DNA of 63,187 nucleotides, the filler included, from Octopus bimaculoides (lineage: Eukaryota), in assembly GCF_001194135.2 (NCBI RefSeq). It is 6 parts of 6 records of this genome, joined end to end, with 100 filler letters (N's around TTAATTAATTAA, not from the genome) between each part and the next. Parts side by side here need not be neighbours in the genome. Positions count along the whole stretch, not along the records: positions 1 to 19,248 come from NC_069000.1; 5 more parts are not named here. One strand, given 5' to 3'. Positions within the stretch are counted from its first letter, which is position 1. Each line of letters opens with the position of its first letter. Positions 1 through 11,949 of the stretch are shown here, in pieces. Both the position numbers and the translations under genes were made by a program. The notes under the pieces were generated by a model. It searched no databases, had not been told where the DNA came from, and saw only the letters and a list, made by a program, of their open reading frames with translations.

Positions 1-428
1 ATATATATATATATATATATATATATACGCACATAAATACAGAGTGCGTGAGAAAATAGGATATAAAATTAAGAAACGTTAACATGTTATTAAGAGAGAA
101 CATTGTCTCGTCTAACATATCATTTAAGTATGAGCATCCCTGGTGTCTACTGCAACTCACCGTTATCAACTTGCCATTAGTTAATGGACAACGACGACCA
201 CACTACACTCACTCTTAGCACTTCTCTCATTCACCGCATTGACCCGGTGTCATTTGATATTAGGATATTCTAATAACAGCGTTCCAGCCCTATTTTCATA
301 ACCTTGTTGCATCACAGCTCCCTACTTGACCCATAATGCAACTTGATCGGAAGTATAATTGTCGTCTATTATTTTTGCTAGTTGAGGACATTCTTGTCCT
401 TGTTCTTGTTGTCATCGTTATTACCGTC

Positions 429-441
429 GTCGTCGTCGTCG

Positions 442-484
<43 letters not shown>

Positions 485-525
485 TGTCATCATCATCATT
501 ATTAAGGCAACAAGCACGGTAGATC

Positions 526-590
<65 letters not shown>

Positions 591-769
591 AGGTCGANNN
601 NNNNNNNTATTATTATTATTATTATTCGAGGTCAACTGTGTACTTCATCCTTTCGGAGTTGATAAAATAAGTACCAAATAAGGTGAATTCGACTTAACCA
701 CACCACCGGAAATTGCTGGCTTTTTGCCAAAATTTGAATAACAACTACTACTACTACTACTACTACTAC

Positions 770-841
<72 letters not shown>
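429..841. repeat. Compound trinucleotide microsatellites (GTC/ATC, TAT, CTA/TTA) interleaved with SINE-A fragments
   Basis: Pure runs read directly; SINE-A 3' pieces (cctttcatcctttc...gataaa) at about 627-740 and 843-945. Confidence 0.9.
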
Positions 842-844
<3 letters not shown>

Positions 845-2196
845 AGGTCGAATTTGCCTTTCATCCTTTCCAGGGCGATAAAATTAAGAATTGGAGTCGA
901 TGTAATCGACCAGCCTCCAACCTTAAAATTACTGGCTTTGTGACAAAATTATTTGAGATTGGTGGAATCGTTAAGATGTCTGACAAAATGTATTTAGGTA
1001 TTGATTTACGGTTTTTTAGTACTGAGTTCAAGTCCCACTGGAGTCAACATTGCATTTCGCCCTACCGATTAAATAAAGTACAAGTGAAGTACTCTTTTTT
1101 CCAAACAGCATAAAATAGATACAATGGATTTTTGTTTGTTCCTTTCAAACCGATGATTCGCACTGTCGTAACTCAGAGTTTCTCGCTAAGTATGCTACAA
1201 AAGGAGTTGCAATTGCATATGAGCTTACAACGAAAACCCCCTGAAGATTACCTTAGGTGAGACATATTAGGGAAGTAACTACAGGCATCATATGCATAAA
1301 AATACACACACACACACACAGATCGGTATATATATATATATATGTATGTATATATATATATANNNNNNNNNNNNNNNNNNNNNNNNNNNNNNNNNNNNNN
1401 NNNNNNNNNNNNNNNNNNNNNNNNNNNNNNNNNNNNNNNNNNNNNNNNNNNNNNNNNNNNNNNNNNNNNNNNNNNNNNNNNNNNNNNNNNNNNNNNNNNN
1501 NNNNNNNNNNNNNNNNNNNNNNNNNNNNNNNNNNNNNNNNNNNNNNNNNNNNNNNNNNNNNNNNNNNNNNNNNNNNNNNNNNNNNNNNNNNNNNNNNNNN
1601 TATATATATGAATATATGGATATATGTATGTTTGTATGTATATGTATATATGTAGTTGGCCTGCCCGTCTAAGCCAGCGGAATGGCATCGTTCTAAAGTT
1701 AAAACATTTCGAGAAAACACATTTTGACCAATGGTATACTACGATATCCGATAGTCTGGTCGATGCCATGATATCTATGCATTCACGTACTCTTTGACAG
1801 GATTGGAGAATTACACATACTCAACTACTAAACATAGAACTGCATTTGGAGCTAAGTCATAACGGTTTCAACCGTCTTTAACTGGTTGAACTGGTTGATG
1901 TAGGTAACTGTTGTTAGTTATTCAGATCAGATCACTTAATTTGGTTGTTGAGGATGCGGAAGGAAGAGCTCATTGCAAATACAAAGTGCTAATAACGATG
2001 CTCTTGACGTCTACAGTGACTCTACAACTACAACTGAAACGTAATATCTCTACGTGAAGTATATATGACTGTGTCATTAAATGATAACTGATGCTGTGTG
2101 TGAAAATGACCTCGATGTCGGCATGATTCTGCTAATGGTGTCTTATCTTTCCACTGGTGCACTGCTACCGTTTGTACCACTGTTGCTGCTGTTCTC

Positions 2197-2798
2197 GTGG
2201 AGGCGCAATGGCCCAGTTGTTAGGGCAGCGGACTCGCGGTCATAGGATCGCGGTTTCGATTCCCAGATCGGGCGTTGTAAGTGTTTATTGAGCGAAAACA
2301 CCTAAAGCTCCACGAGGCTCCGGCAGGGGATGGTGGCGAACCCTGCTGTACTCTTCCACCACAACTTTCTCTCACTCTTACTTCCTGTTTCTGTTGTACC
2401 TGTAATTCAAAGGGTCAGCCTTGTCACACTGTGTCACGCTGAATATCCCCGAGAACTACGTTAAGGGTACACGTGTCTGTGGNNNNNNNNNNAAGTGTTT
2501 ATTGAGCGAAAACACCTAAAGCTCCACGAGGCTCCGGCAGGGGATGGTGGCGAACCCTGCTGTACTCTTCCACCACAACTTTCTCTCACTCTTACTTCCT
2601 GTTTCTGTTGTACCTGTAATTCAAAGGGTCAGCCTTGTCACACTGTGTCACGCTGAATATCCCCGAGAACTACGTTAAGGGTACACGTGTCTGTGGAGTG
2701 CTCAGCCACTTGCACGTTAATTTCACGAGCAGGCTGTTCCGTTGATCGGATCAACTGGAACCCGCGACGTCGTAAGCGACGGAGTGCCAACAACAACA
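2197..2798 (+). mobile_element. tRNA-derived SINE, family B, full length
   Basis: Box A (tggcccagttg) and box B (ggtttcgattccc) head, (caa)n tail, perfect 13-bp TSD tgctgctgttctc (2184-2196, 2799-2811). The internal duplication across the 10-N gap 2483-2492 is an assembly overlap. Confidence 0.9.
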
Positions 2799-2962
2799 TG
2801 CTGCTGTTCTCACTGCTGCTTTTGTTGTTGTTTCTTGTTTTTTGTTTAATTTATAGGAACGTGGTTATACACCATTAGGTGTACACCCGCTTTCCTATAT
2901 TAAATTCTAAATAACAACGAAACGCAGAACTCTGAACTATCAACACAACAATATTTATTTAC

Positions 2963-3245
2963 CGAGGAAATAGGCAGCTTAAATCTTGGTTGCTGAGACG
3001 TCGGATGCTGGGTTGAGCTCTGTTGCCGTCTGTCCTCTTCGCCGGCCGGAGAGAAAAAGAGAACGATTAAGGGCGCGAAGGTTGGATATTGATGACTACG
3101 CATGCGCACGAGACAAGGCGTTGCTACAGGGCTCCCCTGCGAGTACGGAACGCACGATATAAGGTTGGATATAAGGTTGGATATCCAACGATATAAGGTT
3201 GGATATTGATGACTACGCATGCGCACGAGACAAGGCGTTACTACA
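2963..3245 (-). promoter_or_regulatory. Candidate CpG-rich promoter and first non-coding exon of a leftward gene
   Basis: Unique CpG-rich sequence; two NRF1-like ACGCATGCGCA motifs (3098-3108, 3215-3225); pyrimidine-rich tract on minus near 3050-3066; minus-strand donor CG|GTAAAT at 2963/2962. Confidence 0.4.
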
Positions 3246-3272
3246 AATTCAACGTTTTAGTGCTACCGTTTG

Positions 3273-3578
3273 CGTTAAGGCGCGTGCTTTAGTGATTAGA
3301 GTATTAGGCTCACGATCGTAAGGTCGTGAGTTCAATTCTCGGCGATGCGTTTTGCCTTTGAGCGAGACACTTTATTTCACGTTGCTCCAGTCCACTCAAC
3401 TGGCAACAATAAGTGGTGCCTGTATTTCAAAAGAGCCAGCCTTGTCACACTAAATCTACCTGAGAACCACGTTAAGGGTACACCTGTCTGTGGAGTACTC
3501 AGCCACTTGCACGCTAATTTCACAAGCAGGTGTTCCGTTGATCGGATCAACTGGAACCCTCGTCGTCGTAACCGACTG
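3273..3578 (+). mobile_element. tRNA-derived SINE, family B2 (different head, 3' half shared with B)
   Basis: Box B gagttcaattc; central cctttgagcgagacact domain; 3' half matches family B; 14-bp TSD agtg(c/t)taccgtttg (3259-3272, 3579-3592). Confidence 0.85.
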
Positions 3579-3929
3579 AGTGTTACCGTTTGTATCGTCA
3601 CTTCGAAAATAATTTTTGACAATTCTGTATATTAAATCAATCTTCCTGATCGCAGTCAGTTTTGGTCACAGGATTCAAAAAAATTTGAACCACATTTTGA
3701 CAATATTTTGTTCCCACCTCCTCAAATAAAAAGAACATTTTAGTTTGCATTCTTTTATTGTATACAAAAGTTTATGTCGGTCTATTGTCTTTTAATTAAA
3801 AAAATCATTAAATTAATTTTAAAAAACAAATGAAAACAGCTATTTTTATTTCCTGTGTTCATGGTTTCATTTGTTTATTAATCTTAGCCTGCAAGACATA
3901 AAAAGACTTCCAATCTGGCCCACCACCAA

Positions 3930-4330
3930 AGAGTTTGCTGACTCTTAGTCTTGGCGATTAAGATGGTATTCCCTTCAGTAAATGAGTCAGGCTTTGTTCT
4001 TGTTTGTTTCAAAAAGTCATTAAGTAATTTTGCTAGCACTCTGTTGGTTATTTTAACCAGAAGTTTGAGAGTTTATCATTTTCCAGTACCTTCCAGTTCT
4101 TTTCTCAGAGTATTTAGCTTCTTCTTAAGTTGATATGCTCTCTCGCAATCATTTACATGCTGCGTATGTTATTTTGAACATTCTTGTCATGTTTTGAAAT
4201 TTCTTCACGAAATTCTTCTACTTCTGTTGCCTTGTTGCTGCATTGATTTCTATTTTAGAATTATTTAGTCTTCACAAAATTGTTTTAGGTTGGATGCAAA
4301 CTGTTTCTTTTGTTCAAAGAGACGTTTTCG
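3930..4330 (-). pseudogene. Degenerate R4/Dong-clade LINE fragment (region N-terminal to the RT core)
   Basis: Manual translation across frameshifts gives EVEEFREEISKHD, KNWK...DKLSNFWLK and LAKLLNDF...PDSFTEGNTILIAK, matching R4-type NWKAPG.D..NFWLK and PDWLTEG.T.LIPK motifs. Confidence 0.6.
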
Positions 4331-4968
4331 AATTTCGCAGCACTGGATTCTTTGCGATTTAGCGAGGGTCTCTTGTTACAGACATTCTTGGATGCTGAGT
4401 ACTCTTTTATTTTTTGGGAAAATTTGAACTACAAACTTTTTTTTTATATAAGTAAAAAATATAGCAACATATATATCACTAATAAGATAATGTATTATTT
4501 ACATAGGTATCTTTCAGCGTTTTGTCTTTGTTCTCGATTTCCTGCGGTGTTGTTTTTAACGATGGTAAATGGACACTTTTCCAAGGAGTGAAGCAACGTT
4601 CTCTCTTTTTACTTATCTCAAGTACTACATGCTTGTCTCCAAGGCATTCTGTCTCTTCTCGAGCTGGCAGAATCGTTTGAGCGTCAGAGAAAATGCTTTG
4701 CAGTATTTGTACCTACTAAGGCGGCGAGCAGGCAGAATCATTAGCACGCCGAGCAAAATGCTTAGCAGTATTTCGTTCTCCTTTACAGTCTGAGTTCAAA
4801 TCGATAAAATATGTACCAGTTGAATACTGGGATAGATCTAATCGATTTATCCCCTCCCGAAACGTATGGATATCAATATCGAACTTCCTCTCTTCCATTG
4901 AATGTTTTTTTATGGAGAATTTACTTCCCATTAAAAATCCATTGAACAAACAATATATTACAATTTTC

Positions 4969-5182
4969 AAGGCGGCGAGCTGGCAGAAGTGTTAGCACGC
5001 CGGGCAAGATGCTTAGCGATATTTCGTCTGTCTTTACGTTGTGAGTTCAAATTTCGCTGAGGTCGACTTTGCCTTTCATCCTTTCGGGGTCGATAAATTA
5101 AGTACCATTTGCGTACTGGGCTCGATCTAATCGACTGGCCCCCTCCCCAGAAATTTCGGACGTTGTGCCTAGAGTAGAAAAG
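4969..5182 (+). mobile_element. SINE family A, full length
   Basis: ggcggcgagctggcagaa head, box B gagttcaaatt, perfect 17-bp TSD aatatattacaattttc (4952-4968, 5183-5199); a partial copy precedes it at about 4660-4860. Confidence 0.9.
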
Positions 5183-5979
5183 AATATATTACAATTTTCC
5201 TTCACATCTTTAATCAAGTTGCATGCTTTTTAAAGCTACGTATGGCGCCACGAATACTTAGAATTTACGTATTTAGATTACAATTTACGCATTTAAAAGT
5301 AGCTTTCAAACAAAACTAGTACGTTAAAAGATAATGTTGAAAAATGCATAGTTAGTAGTGAGGTTAACTGTATACTGATAGGAAGGTTTGAGTCCGTTTA
5401 TAGGTAGGTAAGCAGATGGTTAAATGAGTTGGTAATGTAGGAAAGTTAGTGTGGGTTAAGTTTTTTCTTTTCATTTCCAAATGGTATTCTAGATAGTAAC
5501 AATATCACCGTTAATGTAGTTTATTTATATTTTCTTAAATCTCCTTATGAAACTTATTGATGTTTGTTGAGATTTGAAATACAATCGCTCATTCAATTTA
5601 ATAAACAAACACACACACACACGTTCAATGCACACGTACACGCACACGCATACACACACTCACACACACTTGTTCGTATACAGCACACATAGGCACACGA
5701 ATATATTCTATGAATGCATGTATAAATAAACACAAACACACACGTATAAGCATGTATCAATGTAAATCTCTAACTCAATCTCTGTAGTGATATATATGTC
5801 TGTTTGTTTGTTTGCTTCTGTATTTACATATGAATGTCTACAGAAACTTTGTATATTGTATATTGTTGTTCATCTTCCTCTCTGCCTATCTATCTGTCTG
5901 TCTATCTGCCCGTCTGTATTTCTCTGTCTGTCTCTCTCACACATGCCCCTTTCCCTCTTCTTTCTCTCCTCTTTCACAA

Positions 5980-6062
<83 letters not shown>

Positions 6063-7026
6063 GATTTAAACACTCATACACATAGGCACACACATATATG
6101 TTTATATATATATATATNNNNNNNNNNNNNNNNNNNNNNNNNNNNNNNNNNNNNNNNNNNNNNNNNNNNNNNNNNNNNNNNNNNNNNNNNNNNNNNNNNN
6201 NNNNNNNNNNNNNNNNNNNNNNNNNNNNNNNNNNNNNNNNNNNNNNNNNNNNNNNNNNNNNNNNNNNNNNNNNNNNNNNNNNNNNNNNNNNNNNNNNNNN
6301 NNNNNNNNNNNNNNNNNNNNNNNNNNNNNNNNNNNNNNNNNNNNNNNNNNNNNNNNNNNNNNNNNNNNNNNNNNNNNNNNNNNNNNNNNNNNNNNNNNNN
6401 NNNNNNNNNNNNNNNNNNNNNNNNNNNNNNNNNNNNNNNNNNNNNNNNNNNNNNNNNNNNNNNNNNNNNNNNNNNNNNNNNNNNNNNNNNNNNNNNNNNN
6501 NNNNNNNNNNNNNNNNNNNNNNNNNNNNNNNNNNNNNNNNNNNNNNNNNNNNNNNNNNNNNNNNNNNNNNNNNNNNNNNNNNNNNNNNNNNNNNNNNNNN
6601 NNNNNNNNNNNNNNNNNNNNNNNNNNNNNNNNNNNNNNNNNNNNNNNNNNNNNNNNNNNNNNNNNNNNNNNNNNNNNNNNNNNNNNNNNNNNNNNNNNNN
6701 NNNNNNNNNNNNNNNNNNNNNNNNNNNNNNNNNNNNNNNNNNNNNNNNNNNNNNNNNNNNNNNNNNNNNNNNNNNNNNNNNNNNNNNNNNNNNNNNNNNN
6801 NNNNNNNNNNNNNNNNNNNNNNNNNNNNNNNNNNNNNNNNNNNNNNNNNNNNNNNNNNNNNNNNNNNNNNNNNNNNNNNNNNNNNNNNNNNNNNNNNNNN
6901 NNNNNNNNNNNNNNNNNNNNNNNNNNNNNNNNNNNNNNNNNNNNNNNNNNNNNNNNNNNNNNNNNNNNNNNNNNNNNNNNNNNNNNNNNNNNNNNNNNNN
7001 NNNNNNNNNNNNNNNNNNNNNNNNNA

Positions 7027-7095
7027 ATGCCACCACCACCACCACCACCACCACCGTCAACGCCACCAATTCCACCACCATCACCACCACCTACG

Positions 7096-7138
<43 letters not shown>

Positions 7139-7270
7139 AGCCATCACAACTACAGCCATCGCAACTACAGCCATCACCACCACGAACAGCATCAACAAAA
7201 ATAAAACCACCACTGCAGCTGCAACTACCACCACGATTACTATAACAACCATTAATATCACCGACATTAC
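7027..7270. repeat. Trinucleotide mosaic (CAC/CTA/CAA variants)
   Basis: Direct reading; abuts a gap. Confidence 0.85.
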
Positions 7271-7282
7271 TATCAAAATGTA

Positions 7283-7400
7283 AGCAGTGGCTGAGTTTTC
7301 CACAGACACATGCACCATTAAGGAAGAACCCAAAATGAATCGGCTGTACCTTTGAAATAAAGTAACAGGCTTCTATACAGTTTCCGTCTACCCAATTTCA
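7283..7400 (-). mobile_element. Hybrid SINE fragment (family C internal motif joined to family B 3' half)
   Basis: Minus strand reads gtagacggaaactg...gaagcc (C) then tttcaaagg...gtgtctgtgga...ctcagccac (B). Confidence 0.55.
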
Positions 7401-7637
7401 ATTTCCGTCTACACAATTTCAGTTTCCGTTCACACAATTTCACTTTGTGTCTACCCAATTTCAATTTCCGTCTACCAAGTTTCACTTCCCGTCTACCAAA
7501 TTTCACTTCCCGTCTACCAAATTTCCCTCCACAGAAGTTCACTTTCCGCCTTTTCAATTTCAATTTCTCTCTACACAATTTCAGTTTCCGTTCACACAAT
7601 TTCACTTTGTGTCTACCCAATTTCAATTTCCGTCTAC
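7379..7637. repeat. About 21-bp minisatellite (cagtttccgtctacccaattt) with an about 80-bp higher-order repeat
   Basis: About 12 diverged units; block 7393-7473 recurs at 7555-7637; runs into a gap of about 1 kb. Confidence 0.85.
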
Positions 7638-8614
7638 NNNNNNNNNNNNNNNNNNNNNNNNNNNNNNNNNNNNNNNNNNNNNNNNNNNNNNNNNNNNNNN
7701 NNNNNNNNNNNNNNNNNNNNNNNNNNNNNNNNNNNNNNNNNNNNNNNNNNNNNNNNNNNNNNNNNNNNNNNNNNNNNNNNNNNNNNNNNNNNNNNNNNNN
7801 NNNNNNNNNNNNNNNNNNNNNNNNNNNNNNNNNNNNNNNNNNNNNNNNNNNNNNNNNNNNNNNNNNNNNNNNNNNNNNNNNNNNNNNNNNNNNNNNNNNN
7901 NNNNNNNNNNNNNNNNNNNNNNNNNNNNNNNNNNNNNNNNNNNNNNNNNNNNNNNNNNNNNNNNNNNNNNNNNNNNNNNNNNNNNNNNNNNNNNNNNNNN
8001 NNNNNNNNNNNNNNNNNNNNNNNNNNNNNNNNNNNNNNNNNNNNNNNNNNNNNNNNNNNNNNNNNNNNNNNNNNNNNNNNNNNNNNNNNNNNNNNNNNNN
8101 NNNNNNNNNNNNNNNNNNNNNNNNNNNNNNNNNNNNNNNNNNNNNNNNNNNNNNNNNNNNNNNNNNNNNNNNNNNNNNNNNNNNNNNNNNNNNNNNNNNN
8201 NNNNNNNNNNNNNNNNNNNNNNNNNNNNNNNNNNNNNNNNNNNNNNNNNNNNNNNNNNNNNNNNNNNNNNNNNNNNNNNNNNNNNNNNNNNNNNNNNNNN
8301 NNNNNNNNNNNNNNNNNNNNNNNNNNNNNNNNNNNNNNNNNNNNNNNNNNNNNNNNNNNNNNNNNNNNNNNNNNNNNNNNNNNNNNNNNNNNNNNNNNNN
8401 NNNNNNNNNNNNNNNNNNNNNNNNNNNNNNNNNNNNNNNNNNNNNNNNNNNNNNNNNNNNNNNNNNNNNNNNNNNNNNNNNNNNNNNNNNNNNNNNNNNN
8501 NNNNNNNNNNNNNNNNNNNNNNNNNNNNNNNNNNNNNNNNNNNNNNNNNNNNNNNNNNNNNNNNNNNNNNNNNNNNNNNNNNNNNNNNNNNNNNNNNNNN
8601 NNNNNNNNNNNNNN

Positions 8615-8646
<32 letters not shown>

Positions 8647-9029
8647 GTGTGTGTATATATATATGTGCATGTGTATGTATATGTATGTATGTACATATAA
8701 GAAAGCAAAGTTCCACCATTCACATTAACAAAAGACAACATGAAAGAATGATAACACGAATCGATAGATCGATCAAGATACTAAATAACATCAGGTACAA
8801 ATTGAAGTTTTCAACTTTTGGCCATTGAATGTCCTCTCGTACTATGTTGGGGTTACCTTTCGCCAACAGATGAATTGTAGCGAGGAAACAAAACGAAAAT
8901 ATATGGCGGTGTCTTAGCATCGTTGTAATCTAATGACTGCAACAAGTATAAGATATAAGATAAAAAGATATATGTTTTCTCAACAAAATTGATTCTGTGC
9001 ATTCAGAATTGGATAGAAGTAAATTTACA

Positions 9030-9206
9030 TGGCACCAACACGTTGTTGGGTGCCCGAAATTTTTGAAAATCGAATCATCTGTGCGAGAGAGTAAATCTAT
9101 AATAAATTTGAGTGTCACGTTATCTGAGTTTTCTTTCTATTACTTGGCCTTAATCATACGCTGTACCCAACTTCCTTTACCGAATACTTATACTGATATA
9201 TTACTA

Positions 9207-9267
<61 letters not shown>

Positions 9268-9760
9268 CTAGGGGTTATACTGGCCACTGCACCACTCGAA
9301 TTTTTCTTGCCTTTCATGAATTCCTTGATTGTTTTAACAATATGCTTGGGGTTCGTGACATACTGAAAAATACAAGAACGGCTCAAAATTACTCTTTGCG
9401 TTTGGAAGCGTGTTCATGCCCAAGACATCCTGATAGGTGTATTCTTCCTAATGCTCCCAGTCTGATATATGAAGCAGCCTTCTTTTTCAGATATATAGTA
9501 TTAATCCATGACATAACCACCACTATGCTTAACTATCAAATTCATGCGCTCTGGTGAAATTTTCCTTCTGTACGACGTCGGACATACACTCGGCTGTCAG
9601 AACTGAACACAACATTTCGATTCAGCAGTCTTCATGATTTTTAACCAACCCGATCACGTCCAATTCTAATACTTCTAACTTTCTGAATCTAGGCAGTCGG
9701 ATTTTTACGGGTAACACATCCACAAGCCCAAACTAACTCAGTCAAATTTTTATGGCAGTG
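9030..9760 (-). pseudogene. Degenerate Tc1-family transposase remnant
   Basis: Manual translation: SDSRVYVRRRTEGKFH, VKHSGGYVM, PKHIVKTIKEFMKGKKIRVVQWP..PLDL and a C-terminal KNFGHPTT (cf. TVKHGGG, DPKHT, WPSQSPDLNPIE, GGxTKY). (TA)n 9214-9263 interrupts the SPDLN motif. Confidence 0.75.
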
Positions 9761-9967
9761 ACACTAATCTGTAGTATTTCTGCTGAGCGTCATTTATGTC
9801 AACAGAAGTCGTTTTCTTTATGTTATGTTGAAAAGAAACCTACGTCCAGTTCTCGGAAAGACGATTAGCCAGTAATTGCTTATATTCAATATATAAAAAT
9901 AAAAAAAAACTAGGAATTAGATAAAGTAGTCGGTATAAATTGAATCACTCTACCTCTTTTCTCAACT

Positions 9968-10037
9968 AGAAGAAGAAGAAGAAGAAGAAGAAGAAGAAGA
10001 AGAAGAAGAAGAAGAAGAAGAAGAAGAAGAAGAAGAA
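9968..10037. repeat. (AAG)n microsatellite
   Basis: Pure run. Confidence 0.95.
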
Positions 10038-10687
10038 GGAATTTAGCTTCGTTAATTTCAAGTCCCGAGTTATGTCGTACTGACGAGTCCAAAGGGAGAG
10101 CGAAATAGTGTTATTCATGACTATCAATGACTTTAAGAACTTTATTTCATGGAAATGAAAATAAATAAAAAATAAATACATGAATATAGAAATATATCTA
10201 TGATCTTCACTGTTTAATATAATATAAGTATAAATTCTTCAATATGCATAAAGCTAAAAGCGATGTTCTTCCCTTCAGTAGCAGTCAGCCACCAACCACG
10301 TGTTTATAAAATTTTACCCATAATGAAAAGTAAACAAAGAGGTCATACCACAGTTTTTATCTTACTTTATTTTACTTTGCGTTTCAAAAATGTTTCTCTG
10401 TTTTTACTCATTCTCGAATTTGATGGACATATAGCAGTACGTAAGCCGACTCAGGAAATCTCTTGTGAGACTTTTTATTGATGTACCCAAAGAGATCCGG
10501 AACGGGTCGAAACATATGTCGTGTACCCAATAAAATCTATTACTTTTTCCATCTATTTTATTAATACTGTTACTCCAACCGCCACCACGAAGTTCCTGCA
10601 ATAAATCTACGGATAACAACAGGTAATGGAAACTGTACCGGTGCTTTACTCATCATCTTGTATCTATACATTTTGTACAATTTCTCC

Positions 10688-10738
<51 letters not shown>

Positions 10739-10836
10739 ATATATATACACCCACGCATACGCCTACTTAATGATACAAATATTTGCTTATTCACAGAAAA
10801 TTAGGAAATATCTCTGAGTGTGTATGCGTGTTTGTA

Positions 10837-10881
<45 letters not shown>

Positions 10882-11420
10882 ATGTGTACGTACACTTGTG
10901 TGCACTCGTTCAGATATTTACATGTGCGTGTGTATATCTTGTGTATATCTATTTAGGCTTACATATATAAGAGCATGGATATATGCATCTGTACGTGCGT
11001 ACATAGAAACATATATGCAGTACATACATACTTACATATGCACGTACATGTATAAATCCATCCATCCATCAATACATACATACATACATACATATATACA
11101 TACATACATACATGCCCGGAGGGTTGGCCACCGACGTGGTTAGCAGTAGTGATTGCTTCTTTGCCGCTCATAATGGATCACTTAGTGGCAATCATTTCCG
11201 CTGTACTTTATATTCTGTCGAGATAATGGGTGACATCCTGACTTTTAAACTCCGAGGCCATGGCATACATAGTTTGTGTGGGTGGAGGTGTAGATCAGGG
11301 ACGAAAAGCGAAAAGACGTAGGGAGAGAAATGATCAAGTTGCTAAATAAGTAATAACAAGGAAAACTAATTAAGAAGACGTTCAGTCTGATATAATACTA
11401 ATTAATGATATTAATATTAA

Positions 11421-11890
11421 CAATAGGTCAGAGAGCTGGCAAAATCGTCAGCACGACGGAGAGAATGTTTCGCGGCGTTTCGTCCGTCTTTACGTTCTAA
11501 GTTCAAACTCCGCCGAGGTCGACTTCGTATTTCATCCTTCCGGGTTCAATAAAATAAGTACAATTTGAGCATTGGGGGTCGATGTAATCAAGTAGCCCCC
11601 TCCCCACAAAATTTCAGGCCTTTCGCCTTTAGTAGAAAGGATATTAATATTAATTATAATTATTTAGGCAACAAGTTGGCGGACTCGTTAGTACCGCAGG
11701 GAAAAAAATGGTGAGCAGCATTTCGTCTATTTATACGTCCTGAGTTCAGATTCCACCGAGGTTGACTTTGCCTTTCATCCTTTCGGAAGTTGATAAAAGA
11801 AGTACCAGAAGAACACTGGGGTCAACGTAATCGACCAACCCCCTCCCCGAAAATTGCTGGCTTTGTGCTAAAATTTTAAATCAAGATTAA
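11421..11890 (+). mobile_element. Two tandem SINE-A copies
   Basis: Both match family A; the first has a 14-bp TSD gatattaatattaa (11407-11420, 11640-11653). Confidence 0.85.
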
Positions 11891-11949
11891 TATGCAGAAC
11901 ATTTCCATATGTTACGAGGGAAAAGATTTAAATATTCATGTTAGAAATC

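Noticed and set aside
2197-2275. tRNA genes
   Set aside because: All box A/box B sequences are SINE heads continuing into repeat bodies; no complete cloverleaf seen.
2279-2696. Exact tandem duplications around 10-N gaps (also 598-607, 15153-15162, 51283-51292)
   Set aside because: Unmerged overlapping contig ends, not biological duplications.
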